DNA of 56,984 bases, filler included, from Sphacelaria rigidula (taxonomy: Eukaryota): assembly GCA_964200075.2 (NCBI GenBank). It is 8 parts of 8 records of this genome, joined end to end, with 100 filler letters (N's around TTAATTAATTAA, not from the genome) between each part and the next. Parts side by side here need not be neighbours in the genome. Positions count along the whole stretch, not along the records: positions 7,138 to 14,174 come from CAXNAA020016832.1; positions 14,275 to 21,310 come from CAXNAA020016833.1; positions 21,411 to 28,445 come from CAXNAA020016834.1; 5 more parts are not named here. One strand, given 5' to 3'. The position numbers and the translations under genes are program-made. The notes beneath the pieces were generated by a model. That model was not told where the DNA came from. It made no database searches and saw only the letters and a program-made list of their open reading frames with translations. Shown in pieces: positions 10,901-24,276 of this stretch (positions within the stretch are counted from its first letter, which is position 1; each line of letters opens with the position of its first letter).

Positions 10901-13347
10901 TTGATTGATGAACAACCAGCATCCTAGCCGTAGGATCTGGGTTTGACTGCCAGCAGCGTCATAGTCTGTCCGTTTATCCTCCTGCACGAGACAAGCCGCA
11001 GGCGTAGCCGACATAACTGTCGACGCGAGCGAAGGGACGAGATCTCCGCCAGCGTGCAATCCAAGCCAAAACGATTTCTCCCCCTCCTGCCCCACCCACC
11101 GCCACCCCAAACCCCACCAACAGACGTCCACACACNNNNNNNNNNAAAAAAAAAAACAAGTAAACAGGAAGAAAGAAAAAAAAACCCCGCACGCGAAAAA
11201 ACAAAAAAAAACCTTTTTCCCCCCCCCCCCCCCCCCCCCGGCTAGCGAAGCCCCCCAGCTAGGCATCGCCACAGAGGTGAAAATGGCATGGGCCTTCGCT
11301 TCCGTCCTCATCGTACGACATCGAGCGCCAAACCTCGGTCACGGGTGAATCCGCCAAGACCTCTCGGTTGACCCACATGATACCGACAACATCATAAAAC
11401 ACAGCGGCATTTCTCGTCAGACTCCCTCGTGAGGACTTGTGCCCTCCACGTAATCCATCGCGTACCAGCACGTGCGACACGAGGCATTTAGGCGATGACT
11501 CCGTGCGTGAAACTTGGAACATAACTACAGGGTTTACGGAACACGATCCACTGGAAAACGAGCAAAATGCTTCTGACAAGTTCAGTATGCCGCCAGTCTC
11601 AGCATATACTGGATGTATCCAACGCCTTGGCCCCGATCTGGCACTATCGGTTCAGAGGAAAATATGTGCTTGAATACACTCGAACGCGGCGCGTAGTCTC
11701 ATGAAATCGACCTCCTTGTTGGTGCCAAGCAAGCGTGGAACAATACCCGGTAGGCATTATGGCATACGCAATGGCTTACACTTCCGAAAAAATTCGAACG
11801 GTGTCAACTGCTACGCTCACGTGTGCTACTTCAAAACGTTGATACTTGACCTAGCGTCAGTCACAAGGCAAGCGGATTGTACATCGTGTAACCCCGGGCA
11901 AGCGATACTCGACGGGAACTTATACCCTAGCATACACAGAGTACCAGTTACTCATGGGGCGAGCACGGCTGTCGTTCAGTCAATGAACCAAATGCGTTCA
12001 ACATTTCCAAGTCCGCGTATCGCAACGTGGAGAAAATTGCACACGGCGAGCAAAATCATTTGACAAGAGAATGACGAAGAGAAAAGGTCACACCTGGAGG
12101 TTATCCCAGCCTCCCCTGACACCGCCGCAATGCTTCTCTAGCAACTCCCTCAAGCTGATGGACATTTCCTCCTCGACCACCATGGGGTTATTTACGTGAC
12201 CAGATATGGCGAACAATTTCGTGCCGTGGTTGTTCTGAGCAAGAAAAAAAAAAAGGTCAAACGAGCACCGAAGGGACGGACGGAGGGGACTGTGAATCAA
12301 GTTTTTTTTTCCTTCTATATCCGCAACGACTACAGTATATGCTAATCGTTCATGTGGCCAGAAACGGCAAAAAGGATTGTGCGGGTCGGCATATACAGCC
12401 ACGTTACATCATGCTTCAACTATGGGAATTGTGCAAAAGCCTGTGACTCAAATAGACCGTAGGCAGGCTGCTCCGCGCCGTGGGCTCTCTGGACTGAGCA
12501 CGGATAAGAATCATTGTATTCAAAGGGTACCTGTACTACAGACGAAAAACAACCATCAACTCTCGAATAAATAGGTTTCACTGCAATGTCGACAGTGCTC
12601 ACTCACGTGAGACGCATGAATCGGCTCGAGACCCGCTCATCCTATTTCACCGTGACATTATTTTTTTTTCACGTACGAACTGGGCAAGCTAGCTGACAGT
12701 GTTTTTTGTCGGTAGTCGGGTGACGCGGTGCTTAAAATCAAGAGTTCAGCGCTGGAACTTTGACGCGGCATTATTCATCAACACGCGCAACATCTTCGGA
12801 GATGACAAGAAGAAAAAAAGGCATCAAGGTATCGCGATTGAAAATTCACTGAACTCAGGCTGATGCGGGAAACTGCAGAAGTTGTTGCGTGCTGAGGGAT
12901 TCTCAGCTACACGACTGGCTCCGCTCGTGCTGGACACAGGGTTCAGGAGGCGATACCTAACCCGCGCTATACGGTCAACCGACTCCGGCCTTGTGAAGAG
13001 AGCAAACACACACTGCGTTAGTAGCTCTGCCCTCGTTGCATAAAATCGACATCTTTGCGAGAAAACAACAGCCAAGCTTACACACAACCTTTTCGAGCAC
13101 AGGCTCAAAACAGCAACCAGGATTGAGAGCAAGAAAAATGACATCCCTGCGAACAACTCCTCTTTCCAATATTTTAGTCATCTCAAGCATTCACCTTGCG
13201 ACCGAAGCTGGAGAACCAACTAGCACCGCGTCGGAGGATGGTGGGCGCAACCGCAACGGTCTCCACGTTGGTGACAGTGGTTGGACACCCGAACACCCCC
13301 ACGTTGGCAGGGAACGGCGGCTTCAGTCGCGGCTTTCCCTGACGACC
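7841..13347 (-). CDS. NDUFV1: NADH:ubiquinone oxidoreductase 51-kDa flavoprotein subunit (complex I, NuoF homolog); C-terminal half, 5 exons, partial
   Basis: Exons 13347-13195, 12234-12094, 10726-10515, 9291-9141 and 7963-7841 splice in frame. Motifs: [75 protein letters not shown] (Fe-S N3 cysteines), [21 protein letters not shown]. The 5' exons lie outside the contig; the terminal exon was not located. Confidence 0.97.
9141..9291 (-). CDS. NDUFV1: NDUFV1 exon ([10 protein letters not shown]...GDAAAWPVQ)
   Basis: tacag| acceptor, CAG|GTACCG donor, 151 nt, phase 2/0. Confidence 0.95.
9394..9625. mobile_element. ~230-bp MITE in an NDUFV1 intron
   Basis: Imperfect 16-bp TIR GTCATACTACGATAGG / CCTTTCGTAGAATGAC. 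Homologous copies at 28546-28680 (reverse) and a terminus at 42699-42715. Confidence 0.7.
10515..10726 (-). CDS. NDUFV1: NDUFV1 exon ([10 protein letters not shown]...[10 protein letters not shown]), GC donor
   Basis: cag| acceptor; ends TGC AG|GCGAGA; 212 nt, phase 0/2. Confidence 0.93.
12094..12234 (-). CDS. NDUFV1: NDUFV1 exon ([12 protein letters not shown]...GGWDNLQ)
   Basis: T-rich acceptor ...gctcag|, CAG|GTGTGA donor, 141 nt. Confidence 0.95.
13195..13347 (-). CDS. NDUFV1: NDUFV1 exon ([15 protein letters not shown]...FSSFGRK)
   Basis: cag| acceptor, AAG|GTGAAT donor, 153 nt, phase 0/0. Confidence 0.95.
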
Positions 13348-14274
13348 CTGGAGACAGGAGGGGACGTGGATTTTGCTGATTATTGCAAACTCGACTAACG
13401 CACAACTTTCCCCCCCCCCTTCGAATCGGATAACACGCAGCACTCTGACGTATGACTATGATTGGTTCGGTTAGCGAATACTCCACTAATGCTTCACTCA
13501 TCCCCATGTCCATCTCCGCGGGGTCCAGTCGAAGTCACAAGACTCGTACGTATCATCCATGAGCTCGCAAAATCTCCGCCGTCACTTGGATCAAATCCCT
13601 GCCCCACCAATTTGTCCTTTGAACTCTATCTCGCCTCATCACTCTCGTACCTACCTTCTACATATCATGTACTGGGGGGGGGGGGGGGGGGGAAGTAGTA
13701 CATGGTGTCTATACGAGGAACGTAGCCGAACGCGGAAAACTTCAGCACGTTTTGGGGCTCTAATCGTGGCTTACTCGGAAATGGGATCAAAACTGGACGT
13801 CGCTGCATAAGCAGACAACAACAAAATGTAATAAGAGGCGGGAGGAGTGGAGATGGTGTGCGCATGTGTGGACATGCGTGCTGGGGACGACGGGAGCACT
13901 CGGGACTGTCCTTCTGTCCTGTCCCAGGAGGAGTACATCTATTCGCCACGTGACGACTACAACGTAGATTGCAGATTTCAATACAGGAGCTGTCGACCAT
14001 GTTCCATTTTGTTTAAAAAATCGATGGACGATCCATACTTCAGTGACAACATACAGCACAACATTTTCACACACACGCACATACCGTCTTGCACCAAATC
14101 CGCCACCATCGTGACTACACGAACCCGTCTCCCAACATGTTCAATGGAAACCTGCTTCATTCCACTCCTCTCATNNNNNNNNNNNNNNNNNNNNNNNNNN
14201 NNNNNNNNNNNNNNNNNNTTAATTAATTAANNNNNNNNNNNNNNNNNNNNNNNNNNNNNNNNNNNNNNNNNNNN

Positions 14275-14458
14275 TGCTGAATTCTTCTCGCACAAAAAAA
14301 AAGAGGCAAGCACCGCAGGAGGAAGGTGGAGAACTTAAACAAACAAAAAGAGAGAAAAGTGTGTTGGCCTCCCTCCCGTGTGACCCCGGCTGGTGCGCCC
14401 ACATATACCGAAAGGTGTAGAGCGGTGTCCAGAACAAACGGGACGACAACACACACAC
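14275..14458 (+). mobile_element. 3' part of the tRNA-derived SINE family (full copy at 47108-47463); other truncated copies at ~15395-15470, ~49570-49675 and ~52610-52790
   Basis: Shared blocks GCACCGCAG(G/A)AGGAAGGTGG, CCCGGCTGGTGCGCCCACAT(A/G)TACCGAAAGG and GTCCAGAA(T/C)A, ending in a (CA)n tail. Confidence 0.7.
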
Positions 14459-17400
14459 CGCCAGGACAGCGGAGTTACCCCGCGAAAGACCAGGAAATGC
14501 TGTACCAGCATATCAAGTCCTTGGAGATGGAAGGGAGGAAGGGATGTAACTAAATCTACAGCAGGAGCGCATCAGAGTTGTTGCGGGAAAAGTAATGTCC
14601 TACATTTGCAAGGGCCCGAAGCAAGCCGGCGATAAGACGCGACGCGTTTCCCGGTAAATTCCCGCTAGGTCGTCCTGCACTTCTTGTAGTCCCAGCCACT
14701 ACCATGCCTGTTTCCAAGTACACGTACAGGACTTGCTTCTCGATATGTCATAGACTATAAGTTGCAAACTGCTGTTTCTCGGGCATACAGGAGACGGCGT
14801 CAAGCGTCAAGCAGCTGCGCGCTGGGCCGAGGGGCCCCATATCGGGGAATGACGGCACCACCACCCCCCAGGTCGCCCGAACCTCATTCTGGGACCGTAT
14901 GAGGGAATAGGGGGGCACCTCCCTGATCGATGGGCAAAAGCGATAGTAGTTGCTGTGTGTCTGCGCATCGGTCTTAGAACACATATCTGTATGTATGGTA
15001 CATGAAATATATGCTGCTGGCTGCTGTGTTCGACACTACGTAGTAACCGCAGCGTGACGCCTTCGGCGGTACTACCTGCTCACTGCACAGCGGCAGGGTG
15101 CAGGGTGACAAAGCACACCGCAGAACGTCACATCCTTAGCCTATCCCTGTCCTGCAGTCATTTCGCGCTGTCCTATCCAGGTCACTACATCATGAACGCA
15201 GCCGCTTGTGTTGTATCTGCGGCCAAGGTATACGCGGGACATCACCCCTCGCTACGCGCTATATCGCTACGCCACATTTTGTGAAGCTGTCCCGTTGCAG
15301 CTCCAGCGTGCGTTTGCCCCGAGTGGTGCACGCAGGAGTGAAAGGCCGCCTCCGCCGCTGTATGTATCTTGGGCGAAGCTGTATGGTAACACAGCCGCGG
15401 CTGGTGCGCCCACATGTACCGAGAGGTGGAGACCGGCGTCCAGAATAGATGGGACAACATCCAAATCACACTGTGCGAAGTAAACATTCAATATCTATCC
15501 GTACTGCCTGTAGAAATCTTTGTCCGCGGTTATAGTGCAGCGTCTGGTACATTTCCATATGTAAATGTGTGTAATGTTACTCAGTGAGATCGTGAAAAAA
15601 ATCCGCAACATCTGGGCGAACTGCAGGTGATGCAATCGCCGAAACATTCACCAGCAAACCCCGCTCCAGTGCACTGTAAGTTGATATCGCTGGAAGAACA
15701 CCACCATAACCACCTTGCAGGCTGCCAGACTGACAGGACGTAGGATGTTGCCCCCTTGTCGGGTACGTGGGGAAGGGTCCATAGCAGAACGCAGTGGGCG
15801 CGTCAAGCAGCTGCACGCTGGGCGTTCGTACTCAAGACTTCGATTTGGAGGATGGTACTAGAAAGCAGTTGTGTGTCCAGGTGCGCCTTGGAGCAAGATG
15901 CGTTTGGTTTCTGTTTGACAAAGTTTTCCCACGAAATCCGAAATCAATGAGGGTTTTAGACTGGGAAAATCTAGCGAAAAAAAAGTCGCAAAACTCGAGT
16001 CGCGAAAACCAATTACACGAAGTGAAATTGGAATTCGATCAACCCGCGTGAACAAAAAGACTGTCGGAGTGCAACCAAAACTAACCGAGAAATGCCAGGT
16101 GACGAAAATAGTTTTGTCATGGCATTTCAGTGCATTGCTAAGCCACAGTGGGACTTCGAAAAAAAAAAGAAAAAACGAAATGAGTTCAATTCTTGGCACC
16201 AAGTCTCAGCACCAAATGAAGAAGGAAGAACAACACCCAACAGTGCCTGTAACAACCCTCCTCCATCCTCGCATCAAGCTCCTGATGGAACTAATTTCGC
16301 GTCCGCGAAGTGACAAACGCAAGTCGACGTGCGCGAAATAAAGGTGATTTCAGAAGGGTTATACTGCACACTAATGGACTCGAGGGTGTTGTTTACTTGC
16401 TTTTCGGTTCGCCATCCGCAAACAAAAACGCACGGGCCGTCGGTTCAAGTGGCTAAACGCCAAAAGTTGAAACTCGTCAACCACCCATTTTCAGTTTACG
16501 GCCCATCTATACAAACTTCAAACGCGCAAAAAACGGCTGGATCGAGTTAGGTCGCTGACTGCCCCCCCCCTCCCCCCCCCCGTCCTCCCTGATCCCGTTC
16601 CCCTCCATCTCCCGTACGCCATGGACTTATTTTCAATCACCTACATAACTATCTCGCCTCGTGCACAGAGAAGTTACCCGTGTGCATGGCTCGAAAGTCC
16701 TTCATACGTGAACGACACTACAATACAACCGGGAATGAGCCCCTCGTGGATGTATAACATGAGAGTGAGTCGTGATGCGCACGTGTGCAAACTGGGGCAA
16801 GTCCAACCACAACCATAACAACAACAATGACAACAACAGCAACTGCTTCAAGAACAAAAACATGAAAAAGAATCACAAGAAAGACGCCCAAGGGAATAGA
16901 GTTAGGCTACAGTAAGAGAGGCTGACCTTTCATCTCCTTACGCACACAACACATGGATCACTGCCGCCGGAGACCCATCTACGCAATATGCCGTACACAC
17001 TTGTTTTCTTGTATCTACATGAGCTCCTCGACACGGCAAAAATGAAAAAAGAAAAATCTTTGACCTTCTTCAGGTGACGGAATACGTGTGATTTTGGTGT
17101 AGAAGACGTGCCATGGTTGGCCACAGTAGGGTAATGTAGCAAAGAAACTATGCTACGTAGCTTAAAGCAGATCTAGTGTAAAAGCTGACACGACGAACGC
17201 GAAAAACAAAACATTTTTCGGATGCTGTACCCCCCCCCATTTACCCTGCCCGGTCACGAACCTCAATCGTATGCCCCACACGTCTGTCTGGGAGCTGGCT
17301 GGGTACACGGATCGTAAAGTAACGCTACAAGTGAAACGAAAAATTGGGATATACAGAGAAGATGTGACATAAATACTCACGCACAACACCTCCTGGCAGC

Positions 17401-17461
17401 ACCCAGAGTCAAAACGGCGAAGACAGACAGGGGGCACAAATATATCCAACTATCAAGCACA

Positions 17462-20400
17462 TCAAACGACTTGGCTTCCGGCGCTGAAGTCATTCCTCAG
17501 GTCGCTCCTTACCCACTTGTCTAAAAAATCGTTCATCCGCTCGAACAATGTGCCGTCCTCCCTGGCGTGGGTCAAGGAGCAACGGGCATACAACCGGCGA
17601 AGCAGGAATAGAAACGAAATCATGGAATGTTGTTCGTTGAGCGTGCGCACACCAGACACAATGATTCGCGTGTTTCGATTATTTCTTCTCGAAAAAAGGT
17701 GAGCACTGTTCGCATACTGCACCCCGTTCTTCAGTTCGAGGGAATCGAACGTGGGCCAGTTCGACCACCAAATGGCAACTATCCACCGCGAAATGTCGAA
17801 AGATTCATCTGCCCCGGCGACGATAGTAGTGCGAAGACATTCAACACCGAACCACCATCGCTACCCACAATTTCTCAAGAGAAGGCAGCCACCCATCGTA
17901 CGTCCGACAAAAAAAATAGACAGTGTTTTTTGCTTCAATACACCACGATATTGCAGTCGCCAGGTCTGGCACTTTCCCGGTAAAAAGCAGGCGACAGAGT
18001 GATTCGGGCATACGTCCGTCAGCATCCATCACAAGCGCCATGGCATCTTCGAGCCAAAATGGCCAAGCCCATGTCTGCGGCTATGAGAGCATTTGCTTCT
18101 CAAATATCGCTGTCTGTGCTCATTCATACGTACATGACAACCATTCTTTGTCACCATGCAAGTTGGCGGCTGCATGTACATCCCTTCGGTATCTTCACCG
18201 TGAGCTGTTCGCATCCCGACGTGACGCGCGCGTTGCTCGAACCAGGGGAAACTTCCACACTTGAAAAGCGCTTTCGCTGTCTACTGACCCAAAATACAAG
18301 CTCCAGCAGGCGCAGCAGGCACGCGCGCAGTACTGCCGTATACCGAGATTACCGAGATGGGTTTCGATAACCCAATCCCTTGACTACGCGGTAGTCATTT
18401 TCCAGCGACTTCATCACGAGTATCGAGGTAGTGACGATTTCTGATGTCTTTGTAACGAGAGAGATAACAGCACGTTTACCGCAGCGCCCGCGCATCACCA
18501 ACGAGCACATGCCGCAATCTCCCATACGCAAGACAAAAAATCGTAAGGGTCCGCTCGCCTTAGCAACGCCTCGATATTGTTGTGCCCCGCGCCATCCACC
18601 CAGAAAGGCTTCGCTCGCCACTTGGTCGGCGTTCCGAGGAACAGTTCTTGCCCGTGCCAGAATGGCACGACTTCGTCTCTGGGTAAACATAGCCATTTCC
18701 ACAAAGCAAAAACACGAATCAACACAACACGACCAAGGAACGGCATAACATTGATCCACGGGAGTAAAATGCGATAAGATCATTTTTTCGTACCCTGAAA
18801 CTATGGAAGACGTCTACGCATTTGCGGGTACATAAACAAATGATACTACCCTACTGCAGTTGACATTTCATGTCCCAAGTCTGCACGGGCCACTGGTTAG
18901 CCCTGCCAGCAATGGCAAGGCAGTGGTACGACGGGGGTTACCCACAGAGAGACAACGGCAGTGGTGGCGGTGGCATGGGGGTAAAACCAGTACGCCACTT
19001 CGCAGGGCCACAGATGGGGGACAACTCTCCCTGTCCAAAATATTTCGGTTCCGGAAATAAAACGAATAGAACACTGTGTGCGCGTCCATATCCGCGCCCG
19101 CGCTCATGTCCATATCCGTATGCCCGAATGTGTGTGTGTATGTGTGCTTAATCTCTCGCACCTTGTGCCATGAATGATAAAAACAGGACACGCCACCCCC
19201 TTCACGCGGTCGATGTTCGGAAACAGGTCGCCAGGCATCGTAAAGCGGAAATTGAAGGCTACTCGAAACGCCGACGCCAAGGGGCTCTGCAACATAACCC
19301 CTCCCAGCTTGACCCCGTCCTTCGCCAGCTCCTCCGCCAGCTGACACGTCGGTCCGCTACCCAGCGAACGCCCGTACCTTTTCGCCAAACGCACGAATTA
19401 TGGGAAGTAAAACCGGCATCAGCAACATTAGCTTCGACGGTGTTGTCCAAAATGTGTCGAATACTTGACCCGTGGTCGGAGTGGGGGAGACATGATAGCG
19501 CAACATCGACCGGGGAGACTATCGGTCACCACGGAACTAAAAAAAAAGCACATACAACAACAGCATCATACACATGTTGACGTGAAAGTCCTTCGATATG
19601 AGCCTCGCGACACAAAACTGTGCCTGCAGTGAAACGTCCACTTGGCGAACGCGTTCATCAACGCCCGCCCAGCTGTTCTTCCCAGAACCCCGCCTCCCAA
19701 GTACCTCCCAAGCACCGTACATCAACGCGCTCTCAACACATCGACCATGCTCCACTCCAGTCGTAGATGCACAATATGACACCCTCTACTGTACTTTTGT
19801 TACTCACAACACGATCTGCTGAGGAGGAGTCTTTTTCTGCGCGGTAAGGTAGTCGTACGCCGCCCGGATGTCCGCGTAGCAGTTATCCTCCGACACCGTG
19901 CCTTCACTCTTCCCATACCCTGAGTACTCGTACGCCAGAACGTTCACCTTCAGAAAGGTGGTTCAGAGCGGGAACACGGTCAACGGCGCGAGAGTGAGAA
20001 ATCTCTCATTACTTCACTCAACAGCCAAAATATGAAAATGATTTCGCACGTGTCGTGTGGAGCGCGGTCTTCAGGACTGTACAGTGAGCGATGGGGCACG
20101 ACAGGATTGTAACTATTATACCACCCAAGCGACAGCGCACAAACTGCGTCCCACAAAACGTGCCATCAGCCAACACTAGCCCGTACGTATGAGCTGAGTG
20201 AAAAAAAAAAAAAATCGAAAACGTCGCGTCTCACAAAACCATGATCCACGCTATCCGTAGGTCATTCTTAACCCTAGAGGTTAGCAACAGCAGATGACCA
20301 GCATACAGCGAATAATGAGAGGTAACTCATTACACTGCGAGGGACAACACTAGGTCACACGAAAGATATTTTGCTGGCATTTGGTCGTACATTGAGCTGC

Positions 20401-20808
20401 CTGCTGAAGTCGTAGAACCATTCGTAGATCAGCCCGAGGTCTGAGGAAGCGCAGTAGTCACACGGCAGGCGTAGGAACGCAAAGCGGATGCATTCATAGG
20501 TTAATTGGAAATTAATGGTGGTGCCCTTACCTTGAACTCAACGAAACCACTTGTATTTTACCCCAAGAACGGAGCAAGACATCAGCCCACCCTAGACAAA
20601 GTATATATAACAACAACCAACGGTTCAGCACACTTGACCCGAAGCCTAATAATATACTGAAAGACGGAACCCCGGCAAACACGCAGCCAACTCAGTCAGT
20701 CACTTTGAGTCCATACAGCCAGCCAAAAAAACGCCCCAATCCCGCCATCTGTGATTCACGCCCTCACCTTCTGCGTTACCGTGGCTGAACAGAACCGTTA
20801 CTTGAGAG
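17462..20808 (-). CDS. ABHD17: ABHD17-like alpha/beta-fold hydrolase (protein depalmitoylase family); 6 exons, N-terminus missing
   Basis: Exons 20808-20768, 20440-20391, 19947-19808, 19377-19162, 18678-18559 and 17561-17462 splice in frame. Motifs: VLFSHGNAEDLG, VNVLAYEYSGYGKS, IVLYGRSLGSGPT (nucleophile Ser), IHGTRDEVVP (Asp), GAGHNNIE (His). Stop TGA at 17464-17462. Confidence 0.92.
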
Positions 20809-21094
20809 CTGAGAGCACGAGCAAAAGCCGCAAGCCATGCACAAGCAGTCCAGCACAGCACCAGGGGGAAACATGGCCAGGCAAACGACGAGACATATTC
20901 CAAGGGCGCGGGCAGAAGAGACATCAGTCTCCAAAGATCGCGTGAAACATCAATGAAAACGTGCAATGTGGTTCTGGGTGAAACAGGAGTTGAAAGAAAT
21001 CAACCACCGCAAGAAACACCTCGGACAAAATCTACTTTTGTACCAAAGTTCCGCTTGCGATCCCCCCTCTCCACCCCGACGAAACTTGAATGTT

Positions 21095-21310
21095 AAGACA
21101 CCCATGAGGTGGTGCAACCCATCGCTATCTCTGGAAGTGACGACACCAGAAAATTAAGCAACTCATTCGAGGCTGTCATCCATATGCGAGATACTTAGTA
21201 CGCTTCGGGCCGAACAGTCTTAGCAGGATGCCGGTTACCCTTCATGCGACTCGCCGAACACACGCCACGGCGCTTCACGCTTGGTGATTGACTGCGAGCC
21301 TGGTCCGGCG
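21095..21310 (-). mobile_element. Partial ~290-bp LTR-like (TRIM-like) repeat with PBS-side flank
   Basis: GACACCCA|TGAGG junction and core CTCATTCGAGGCTGTCATCCATATGC, shared with 50044-50741; truncated by the contig end. Confidence 0.75.
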
Positions 21311-21566
21311 NNNNNNNNNNNNNNNNNNNNNNNNNNNNNNNNNNNNNNNNNNNNTTAATTAATTAANNNNNNNNNNNNNNNNNNNNNNNNNNNNNNNNNN
21401 NNNNNNNNNNCTCCGTCTCGAAAGGGATGCGTGGTCAATGGTCAAACGACCAAGGCAAGCAACAAACGAGTACGCCTGCCCCCGCTCTCAGAACATTGAC
21501 GTGTGAACCGTCAAGAGGACAACCACACCTCCACGACAACCGCCCATCTCATGAGCGACGACTCAC

Positions 21567-21663
21567 ATTTCCATAGGCTCCGCGTTGAAGCCTGTCCCTC
21601 CGCGACTGTAGACTCCGGGAGGTTTCACTTTTTCCATCGGAGTTCGACGGCCGCTTGACGCAC
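21567..21663 (-). CDS. Isolated exon-like segment of an unidentified gene
   Basis: Acceptor gtgtcag| and strong donor AAT|GTGAGT; two frames open; no recognisable homology. Confidence 0.3.
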
Positions 21664-22271
21664 CTGACACATGCGGCAGGCAGCGGCGCCCGTGATATAG
21701 GGGAAGGGAGGCTCGTTAAAAGCCAGACAAGATCAAAATATCTTGAGCTATAGCCATAGCTATATCTGAATCCATATGTGTTCAATTGAAACTTCCAAGT
21801 ACAAAAATATGCCGCGAAAAATTGAAGCCTAGTTGATCGATACTGGAAATATGAAGATATTCATGTTGCAATATTACACGTCACGCCAGGCCAACGTCGC
21901 GCTTGAGTGTTTTTTGAGGACATGGTGTCCGAGTATACCATGGATAGACTTGAACCAACACTGCGACGTATCCAGTATTGCTCCAGGACAATTTCAGCGC
22001 CTGATGTGCGTTTCTTGACTTCAGTCATCCAAGAAGAAAACATTCTGGAGCGTTCGTATGGAAATCGTGCGGACGAAGGTAGACTGATGTGTCGTACATG
22101 GTTCAAAGGCTTTGGCGCTCGGCCGTCATTCCATTCAATCCCCTGACAACGACACCCTGGGGATCAACTACTGCAGAGGCATCCGTAGATTAAAACCACG
22201 AGTGTAACGAACGTTCAGGTTGGTACACAAAGGCTCACTGGAAGCTGATCGCTAGGGTCATGACATCTATC

Positions 22272-22842
22272 CAAGGTTATGTTCCGTCAGGTACTGGTAC
22301 ATTTTGTAGTGTATGAGACTCCTCGCAGAACTTACAGAAATATCGGGCACCGGTAAAAATTACAGAGGTTACCGAACTGTCGGGTACCGATATGAAAGTC
22401 TTGGAGAAATTACAGGACTTATCGGGTACGGTATGGGAGGCTTACAGAAAACCGGTACCGGAAATCGGGAAACGTTTTTAGGGCATACCCGCCCCTCGGC
22501 TTATGATGAAGGTTTTGAACAGGACACACAGAAATGTCGGGTAGGGTGGGAGGCTTACAGAACTCACAGAAACTGTCGGGTAGGGTATGGAGGTTGCACA
22601 GAAAACGTACCCGCAACCGGGTATCTTATCAAGAGCATAAGCGAATCTCCCGGTAACAGTACGAGAGGCTTACAGGACTCACAGAACTCTCGGGTACGGC
22701 TATGAAGGTCTTGCAGGGATTACAGAACTGTCGGGTACCGGTATGAAAGTCTTGCAGGGATCACAGAACTGTCGGGGACGGTAAATACCCGGCAAAATAC
22801 CCCAGGTATACAGGAAACCGTACCCTACGAAACACGACCTTG
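22272..22842. mobile_element. Non-autonomous TIR element (hAT-like) filled with a degenerate ~36-bp tandem repeat
   Basis: Ends CAAGGTTATGTTCCGT / ACGAAACACGACCTTG (13/16 inverted match). Interior is repeats of ACAGAACTGTCGGGTACCGGTATGAAAGTCTTGCAG. TSD only partly conserved. Confidence 0.65.
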
Positions 22843-24276
22843 ATATTATCATCACCCCTGTGGTGAGACCTACGTGACTACAACAGTGGAGAAATACAGA
22901 TGACACTCGACGAAAACTCTGAGCGGCTTCACGGGATTGATAGAGAAAGACTACACGAACAGTCGCAACGAAACATATGTACAGGATCATCAACATATAT
23001 CGGCTTCACGTACACTCCCAGGGAGTACATAGAGGAGCACTCACGGCTGCCCGTTTTATGGAAGCCCTTCGGCCCGCGACAAAATCGCCGACGGCCTTGA
23101 CGAATTTGGTGGCAGCTCATACTCTGTACTGTACATGTCGATAACGGCCTGGGGTTTGGTAACCACGACACAACCATCAACGTCGATTACGTGCGTCTTG
23201 CTACTTGATCCCCTGGTGGCGCAGATGAATCGCCCCCGCGGTTTTTTTGTCGCAGTGATTGACCGTGGGCGGCCCCGCCAAATGTGCGATCGACCAGCGT
23301 CCAGTTCGAAAATGCATCGGTCGGTACAGCACTGGCTGTACTACAACAGTAGCGAGTCTTTGTTGTACCGTGCCCTGCAACACCGTACCGTACACTACGC
23401 TCCAATGCACTTGCACTACTTCACTGCACTACAGTGCACTGTAGCACTGGAACAGAAAAAATCGCGTTGAGAATGATTTTTCAACATGCCACCCATAACG
23501 GTGGTGCAAGACGCCATGACCCCTGACGGAATGGCAATGCAGTGAGGTGTAGCACTGCTCGTGCGCTGTAGACTTCGAACCGTTCACACCATCTTTTTTC
23601 CAGTTGGGGCTGGCAAGAGTGAGGAGCTGTACCCAAGGCAACGTCTTGTACCCGTCGAGCATTTAAAGTACACGCAACACGACCAAGCATATGCTGATAC
23701 CATGGCGTCAGAGAGGTCCTCTAGCTGCGATGCCGAGCGTTGCTACTTTGAGAACCGGTCTATCGTGATCAGCATGACAGTTTTGATATAGGTCGCGCTT
23801 TGCTTGTTGCGGTATATTGACTGGACAAACTGGCTGGGACAGAGGTGGTGGGGATGAGGGCGTTTTTTTTTCGTTCCGCTATGAAGTTGGAAGAGGAACA
23901 TCGATTTTTAGAGTGGAGTGCTCCAAACCGGACTCCCACTCTGAAAAGTTTACTCTGATGTTTCTTCATAGTGGAACGTGTACCGTTACCGGCTTTCCCC
24001 CCTTCCACTCTGACTCTGAAATGAGAAAAGCATTCTCCGAAACTCTCTCACAAGTTCGATACCGTAACATACAACAGATTGGATGCTGTAGGCAGTAAAC
24101 TTCTTGCCACCGTGATGTTTTGCCCAGGGTGTGGTACTTTCCCCACGCAAAAATAAATGCACCATAAACACAAAAGATCGATTGGGGCAAAAAAATCCAA
24201 GCAGCAGCATACCTGTACAGTTAAGCAACCATGGCGTTACAACGATAACTCATTGTACTGCAAAAACTGTACAGTA

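Noticed and set aside
14665-14710. GSGWDY peptide resembling the NDUFV1 NACGSG(W/Y)DF region
   Set aside because: Different contig, frame closes within a few codons, and no flanking conservation.
21095-21478. One LTR-like repeat apparently continuing across the gap
   Set aside because: Contigs are size-sorted; both simply break in the same high-copy family.
21567-21663. Exon as the missing 5' exon of ABHD17 (phase would fit)
   Set aside because: It lies on a different contig and the peptide does not resemble an ABHD17 N-terminus.
22300-22800. CRISPR-like array
   Set aside because: Units are contiguous and degenerate without unique spacers, there are no cas genes, the context is eukaryotic, and the array lies inside a TIR element. 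The same applies to 52250-52315.
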